Part shown: positions 28,431-32,603 of the stretch, piece after piece | How positions within the stretch are numbered: the stretch's first letter is position 1 | Layout: the number at the start of each line of letters is the position of its first letter | Assembly: GCA_046759765.1 (NCBI GenBank) | Contig: JBHICV010000010.1 | Coordinates: forward strand, 1-32,603 | Direction: 5' to 3' | DNA length: 32,603 nucleotides | Origin: Acidimicrobiia bacterium | GTDB taxonomy: Bacteria > Actinomycetota > Acidimicrobiia > Spongiisociales > CAZKJJ01 | Position numbers and translations under genes: made by a program | The notes under the pieces: generated by a model | Told to the model about the DNA's origin: nothing | Database searches by the model: none | What the model saw: the letters and a program-made list of their open reading frames with translations, nothing else

Positions 28431-29054
28431 GTGGAGGACAAGCGGGAGGACTACAACTCTCCGCCTCTGCTCGAGGCAGACATCGACCCTGATCCGATCG
28501 AGCAATGCCGCCAGTGGTTGTTCGAGGCGTGGGACATGGGAGTAGCACAGCCGGATGCGATGGTTCTGGCGACCGCCGACGGCGCGCAACGCCCCTCGGC
28601 TCGAGCGGTGATCATCCGCTCGATCGACCACGGCTTCGTGTTCTATACGAATGTCGAAAGTCGCAAGGGTGTCGAGCTGGCGGAGAACCCGCGGGCAGCC
28701 GGATGTTTCCTCTGGGCTTCGATCCACCGGCAAGTGCGGATCGAGGGTGAGGTCGAGCGGCTACCGAGCGAGGAGGCCGACGCCTATTTCGTCAGCCGCC
28801 CCCGCGGATCCCAGATCAGCGCCGCCGTCTCACCCCAGAGCCAAGTAGTCGAGAGCCGAGAGGAGCTGGAGGCCGTCTGGCGCCGGTTCGAGGATGCCCA
28901 TCCTGATGGTGTCGCGCGGCCCCCACACTGGGGTGGCTACCGGCTGATACCCGACGAGGTGGAGTTCTGGCAGGGGAGGGCCAACCGTTTCCACGATCGT
29001 CTGCGGTATCGCCGCTCCGGGCCAGGATGGAAGATCGAACGCCTCGCGCCTTGA
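28431..29054 (+). CDS. pdxH: Pyridoxamine 5'-phosphate oxidase
   Basis: REDY, MVLATA, PSAR, FYTN.ESRKG, RQVRIEG, YF.SRPRGSQ, EFWQGRANRFHDRL, IERLAP. Confidence 0.95.
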   Translation: MEDKREDYNSPPLLEADIDPDPIEQCRQWLFEAWDMGVAQPDAMVLATADGAQRPSARAVIIRSIDHGFVFYTNVESRKGVELAENPRAAGCFLWASIHRQVRIEGEVERLPSEEADAYFVSRPRGSQISAAVSPQSQVVESREELEAVWRRFEDAHPDGVARPPHWGGYRLIPDEVEFWQGRANRFHDRLRYRRSGPGWKIERLAP

Positions 29055-29094
29055 GTTGAAACCGACGCCAAGGCCGCTTCTAGACTGCCGCCCC

Positions 29095-29856
29095 ATGCGC
29101 CTCGTGGTCCTCGGCTCGAGCGGCACCTATGACACGCCGGGCCGACCCTCCTCCGGTTACCTCATTGAGCACGGTGACACTCGGCTCTGGATAGACGCAG
29201 GGCCGGGCACATTCTCGGCTCTGCAAACAGTCACCGACTATGTGACGATCGACGCGGTGGTCATCTCGCACGCTCATCCCGATCACTGCACTGACCTCTT
29301 CGGCTTCTACCACGCGGTCCGATACGGGGCCCGACCCCGACATGAGGTTCCCGTCTACTGCGCCGAAGGCCTACCGGAGCGCTTCGACGCCTTCCTGTCG
29401 GGACATGAGGACCCCCGCTTCGAGCATCGCATGTTCGAGACGATGGATTTTCGGGTGGTGGGAGACGGCGACGAGGTGCGGGTGGGCGACTTTCAACTTC
29501 GTTTCGCCGCCGCCGACCACCCGCCTCCGACGGTGGCATGTCGGATAGAGGCGGACGGAAGACTTCTCGCATACTCGGCGGACACCGGCCCGGCAGGCAC
29601 GTGGGCGGAGGTGGCCAAGGATGCACATCTCTTTTTGTGTGAAGCGGGCTTCCAGGGCGAGGTCGACGCCAAGCCCTGGCCGCATCACCTCACGGCGGCT
29701 GAGGCGGGTGAGATTGCCAAGCAGGCCAATGCGCGCCGCCTCATGATCACGCATCTGTGGCCGACGCTCGACCCTAAGCGCTCGCTGCTCGAGGCGGAGG
29801 CGACCTTCGGCAAGGAGGTCGAGTTGGCCGTGCCGGGCGTCAACGTCAAGGTCTGA
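29095..29856 (+). CDS. MBL-fold metallo-hydrolase (RNase Z / cyclic phosphodiesterase-like)
   Basis: VVLGSSG, SHAHPDH (HxHxDH), YSADTG, LCEA, HLT, ITHLWP; usual position before rph. Confidence 0.9.
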   Translation: MRLVVLGSSGTYDTPGRPSSGYLIEHGDTRLWIDAGPGTFSALQTVTDYVTIDAVVISHAHPDHCTDLFGFYHAVRYGARPRHEVPVYCAEGLPERFDAFLSGHEDPRFEHRMFETMDFRVVGDGDEVRVGDFQLRFAAADHPPPTVACRIEADGRLLAYSADTGPAGTWAEVAKDAHLFLCEAGFQGEVDAKPWPHHLTAAEAGEIAKQANARRLMITHLWPTLDPKRSLLEAEATFGKEVELAVPGVNVKV

Positions 29857-29862
29857 CGGGCG

Positions 29863-30561
29863 GTGCGTGAACGGCCCCCAGACCAGCTCCGCGACATTCG
29901 GATCACGCGGGGGTACACCGAGATGACTCCTGGTTCGGTGCTCATCGAAGCCGGCGGGACGAGGGTCTTGTGCGTGGCGACCACCGAGGATGAGGTTCCC
30001 CGCTGGCTCCGAGAGGAGGATGGGGGATGGGTGACGGCCGAGTACGCGATGCTTCCGGGCTCGAGTCGCGAACGGATCAGACGAGAGGCATTTCGCGGAG
30101 GCCGATCCCAGGAGATCTCGCGGCTGATAGGCCGGAGCCTGCGGTCCGTAGTTGACCTGCGGGCAATGCCCGAGACCATGATCCGCGTTGACTGCGACGT
30201 GCTGCAGGCCGATGGCGGGACCAGAACGGCGGCGATCACGGGGGCGTGGGTAGCCCTGTCTGACACCGTTCGCCAGCTGGAGGAGGCGGGCAGGCTGGCC
30301 AGGTCTCCACTGATCGACCAGGTGGCCGCGGTATCGGTTGGTCTGGTAGAGGGCAAGCCGCTGTTGGATCTGGACTACGAAGACGACGTTGGCGCGGAGG
30401 TCGACATGAACGTGGTCATGACGGGCCGGGGCCTGCTTGTCGAGGTGCAGGGAACCGCGGAGGGAGCTCCGTTCACGAGAGCTGAACTGGAGGAGCTGTT
30501 GAATCTGGCCGCGAAGGGCATTGGCGAGCTGCTCGAGGAACAGCGTAGAGCGATCGGTTGA
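29863..30561 (+). CDS. rph: Ribonuclease PH
   Basis: [57 protein letters not shown]. Confidence 0.96.
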   Translation: MRERPPDQLRDIRITRGYTEMTPGSVLIEAGGTRVLCVATTEDEVPRWLREEDGGWVTAEYAMLPGSSRERIRREAFRGGRSQEISRLIGRSLRSVVDLRAMPETMIRVDCDVLQADGGTRTAAITGAWVALSDTVRQLEEAGRLARSPLIDQVAAVSVGLVEGKPLLDLDYEDDVGAEVDMNVVMTGRGLLVEVQGTAEGAPFTRAELEELLNLAAKGIGELLEEQRRAIG

Positions 30562-31154
30562 TGCTCAGCAGGCTCGTAGTTGCCTCGAAGAACCCGGACA
30601 AAGCCGAAGAGGTTAAGCGGCTCATCCTTGCTTTCGAAATCGCGGAAGAGGTCGTTGAAGGACTCGACTGGCCCGACGTGCCCGAGCTGGGCGACTCGCT
30701 GGAGGAGAACGCACTCGCCAAGGCCAGAAGCGTTGCCCAGGCCACGAGGCTGCCGGCCTTGGCCGACGATACAGGGCTCGAGGTGGACGCACTTGACGGA
30801 GCACCGGGTGTCAAGACGGCGCGGTTCGCGGGCGATGACGCAACCTACGCGGACAACGTCGAAGCCCTCCTGGCGGCGCTGGGAGGATCCGGCGACCGGG
30901 CAGCGACGTTCAGAACGGTCGTCGCGTTGGCCCATCCGGACGGCCGGAGCACGGCCGCGGAGGGTCACCTCAGGGGTGAGATCACCACGAGGCCCCGAGG
31001 AGTAAGTGGTTTCGGCTACGACCCCGTCTTTGAAGTCGCGGGCAGGACTCTTGCCGAGATGAGCGGTCCGGAGAAGGATGCGATCAGCCACCGCCGCCGA
31101 GCCTTGGGGGCTTTGAGCGATCAGCTGGCCGCCGAGGACCTTGAGTCTCTGTAG
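30558..31154 (+). CDS. rdgB: Non-canonical purine NTP pyrophosphatase (RdgB/HAM1)
   Basis: [46 protein letters not shown]. Confidence 0.95.
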   Translation: MMLSRLVVASKNPDKAEEVKRLILAFEIAEEVVEGLDWPDVPELGDSLEENALAKARSVAQATRLPALADDTGLEVDALDGAPGVKTARFAGDDATYADNVEALLAALGGSGDRAATFRTVVALAHPDGRSTAAEGHLRGEITTRPRGVSGFGYDPVFEVAGRTLAEMSGPEKDAISHRRRALGALSDQLAAEDLESL

Positions 31155-31163
31155 CCTGACGCT

Positions 31164-31448
31164 ATGAGGTGGGCCGCGCTGGCCGTCGTTGCGCTGGCGG
31201 CAACTGGTTGCACCAGTGGCGGGGAGGAGGGTGCTCCGCTCGAGGCGACTTCGGTGAGCGCCGTGTTGGACACGACGGAGGTCCAGTCGGTGATCGTGAC
31301 CACGACGGCCCAAGTGACTGTTCCGATGGTCCCGACTATGCAGCTCGAGATGGCTTTCCTCACCTGTCTGAGCGAGCTCGAGGCGGACATCCCCGACTTC
31401 AGCGAGCGGTCCGCCCGGTGCGAGGAGCGGGTCTTCGGCGGGGGCTGA
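31164..31448 (+). CDS. Small putative lipoprotein
   Basis: MRWAALAVVALAATGC lipobox-type signal, Thr/Val-rich linker and a C-terminal two-Cys helical segment. TAGCCT -10 lies 6 nt before the ATG. Confidence 0.65.
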   Translation: MRWAALAVVALAATGCTSGGEEGAPLEATSVSAVLDTTEVQSVIVTTTAQVTVPMVPTMQLEMAFLTCLSELEADIPDFSERSARCEERVFGGG

Positions 31449-31465
31449 GCCTCGACCTCAGCCGC

Positions 31466-31600
31466 TTATCTCCCGGCCAATATCTCGATTTCGAGCCACT
31501 CGGGCCAGGAGGGACTGGCGACGGTTGTTACCCGGATTGCGGTCACCCCCTCGACGTCTTCGCTGGGAGTCCAGGCGAGTGTCTGTTCGGTCTCGGTGAA
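31466..31600 (-). pseudogene. Start-less 3' gene remnant resembling the end of a discoidin (F5/8 type C)-like domain
   Basis: Minus frame reads FTETEQTLAWTPSEDVEGVTAIRVTTVASPSWPEWLEIEILAGR*, with an in-frame TAG upstream and no start codon before the fragment. Confidence 0.45.
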
Positions 31601-31719
31601 GCACTGAAGCCTCGAAATGCCATGCGCGGTCCCGAGGAAATGGTCGTTGGGGCACTACGGTTCTTAGCTCTGACTTTCGCGACCTCGCTACTATTCAGCA
31701 TCCGATCTTCGAGTGGGGG

Positions 31720-32603
31720 ATGCGGCGTCTGAGCCTCGCTTTGGCGTTGTCTTTGGCGGCCTTGGCTGCCGTGGGTTCGCTGGCGAGCTCACCCGTGGTG
31801 GCCAGCGCGCCACTGGAGAGAGTCATCGTCGTCCTGCATCCCGAGGTGAATCTTCCAGAAGATGTCGCGCTCCAAGTCGCAAACGTCATGGACGGAAACG
31901 TCGGTTTCGTCTACCACCACGCTCTCAATGGCTTCAGCCTCGAGCTACCGGCCGCAGCGGTAGCTGCGCTCGAACAGAGCCCCCTGGTAGCGTACGTCGA
32001 GCCGGATATCGAAGTCTCCGTTGTGCAGCTTGGTTCGCAGCCGGTTCCGACCGGCGTCGACCGTGTGGAAGCAGACCTGAACCCTCCGGCGGGACCAGTC
32101 GACGCCGACATCGCCGTTCTCGACACCGGTATTTGGCACGGACCTGGCTTAAGCAGCCATGAGGACCTGAACCTCACCGTTGTATCAGACTGCACAGACG
32201 CGATCTTCTATCCCATCTTTGGCGGTTGCGCCGCCGGACCCACTGCCAACTTCCAGGACGAACACGGGCATGGCACTCATGTTGCCGGTATCGCGGCTGC
32301 GATCGACAACGACATTGGAATTATCGGTACAGCCCCGGGTGCTCGGCTGTGGTCGATCAAGGTGGCGGGCGCCGACGGGACTGCGCTGCTGGGATCGATC
32401 CTGGCGGGTGTCGACTTGGTGGCGGCCAATGCGCCGGAGATCGAAGTCGCCAACGTAAGTCTGACGATGACCGGTTCTTCCACCGCGCTCAATGACGCTC
32501 TCTCTAATGCGACGTCGGCGGGCGTCGTTTTTGTGGTCGCGGCGGGAAACAGCAGCGCTGACGCGGCCGGATTCAGTCCCGCCAATCACCCCAACGTGAT
32601 CAC
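31720..32603 (+). CDS. Secreted S8 (subtilisin-like) serine protease, 3' end outside window (not in ORF track)
   Basis: Translated by hand: signal MRRLSLALALSLAALAAVG, I9-type prodomain (VYHHALNGFS...VAYVEPD), catalytic VLDTG and HGTHVAG, oxyanion AAGN. Confidence 0.93.
   Translation, partial: MRRLSLALALSLAALAAVGSLASSPVVASAPLERVIVVLHPEVNLPEDVALQVANVMDGNVGFVYHHALNGFSLELPAAAVAALEQSPLVAYVEPDIEVSVVQLGSQPVPTGVDRVEADLNPPAGPVDADIAVLDTGIWHGPGLSSHEDLNLTVVSDCTDAIFYPIFGGCAAGPTANFQDEHGHGTHVAGIAAAIDNDIGIIGTAPGARLWSIKVAGADGTALLGSILAGVDLVAANAPEIEVANVSLTMTGSSTALNDALSNATSAGVVFVVAAGNSSADAAGFSPANHPNVI

Overview
This is a GC-rich, gene-dense chromosomal region of an actinobacterium, most likely a deep-branching lineage such as Acidimicrobiia (inferred from gene order, DUF5719/DUF3499/Trm112, cofD/cofE and many leaderless-type starts). 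Left to right it holds: (1) a nucleotide-sugar and envelope-glycosylation cluster (NDP-sugar synthase end, NAD-dependent epimerase, GT2-membrane fusion, DUF5719, GT-C-like membrane protein, GtrA, DPM-like GT2, manB, PGI/PMI), interrupted by cofD-cofE and three small Cys-rich proteins; (2) ahcY-comF-hpf, then an orphan NarL/LuxR regulator, a HEAT-repeat protein and an HD-GYP protein, with hpf through HD-GYP translationally coupled; (3) secA, prfB with a programmed +1 frameshift, ftsE-ftsX-M23 peptidase-smpB-ssrA; (4) VOC, pdxH, MBL hydrolase, rph, rdgB, a small lipoprotein, a gene remnant and the 5' part of an S8 protease. No mobile element, CRISPR, rRNA or tRNA was seen. The most interesting items are the HEAT/HD-GYP pair that appears to share an unnamed N-terminal domain, the attenuator-like hpf leader, an unannotated 58-aa zinc-ribbon ORF, the retained prfB frameshift and two 7-nt-periodic TCAG tracts. 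All calls come from reading motifs by eye; no database search was run.
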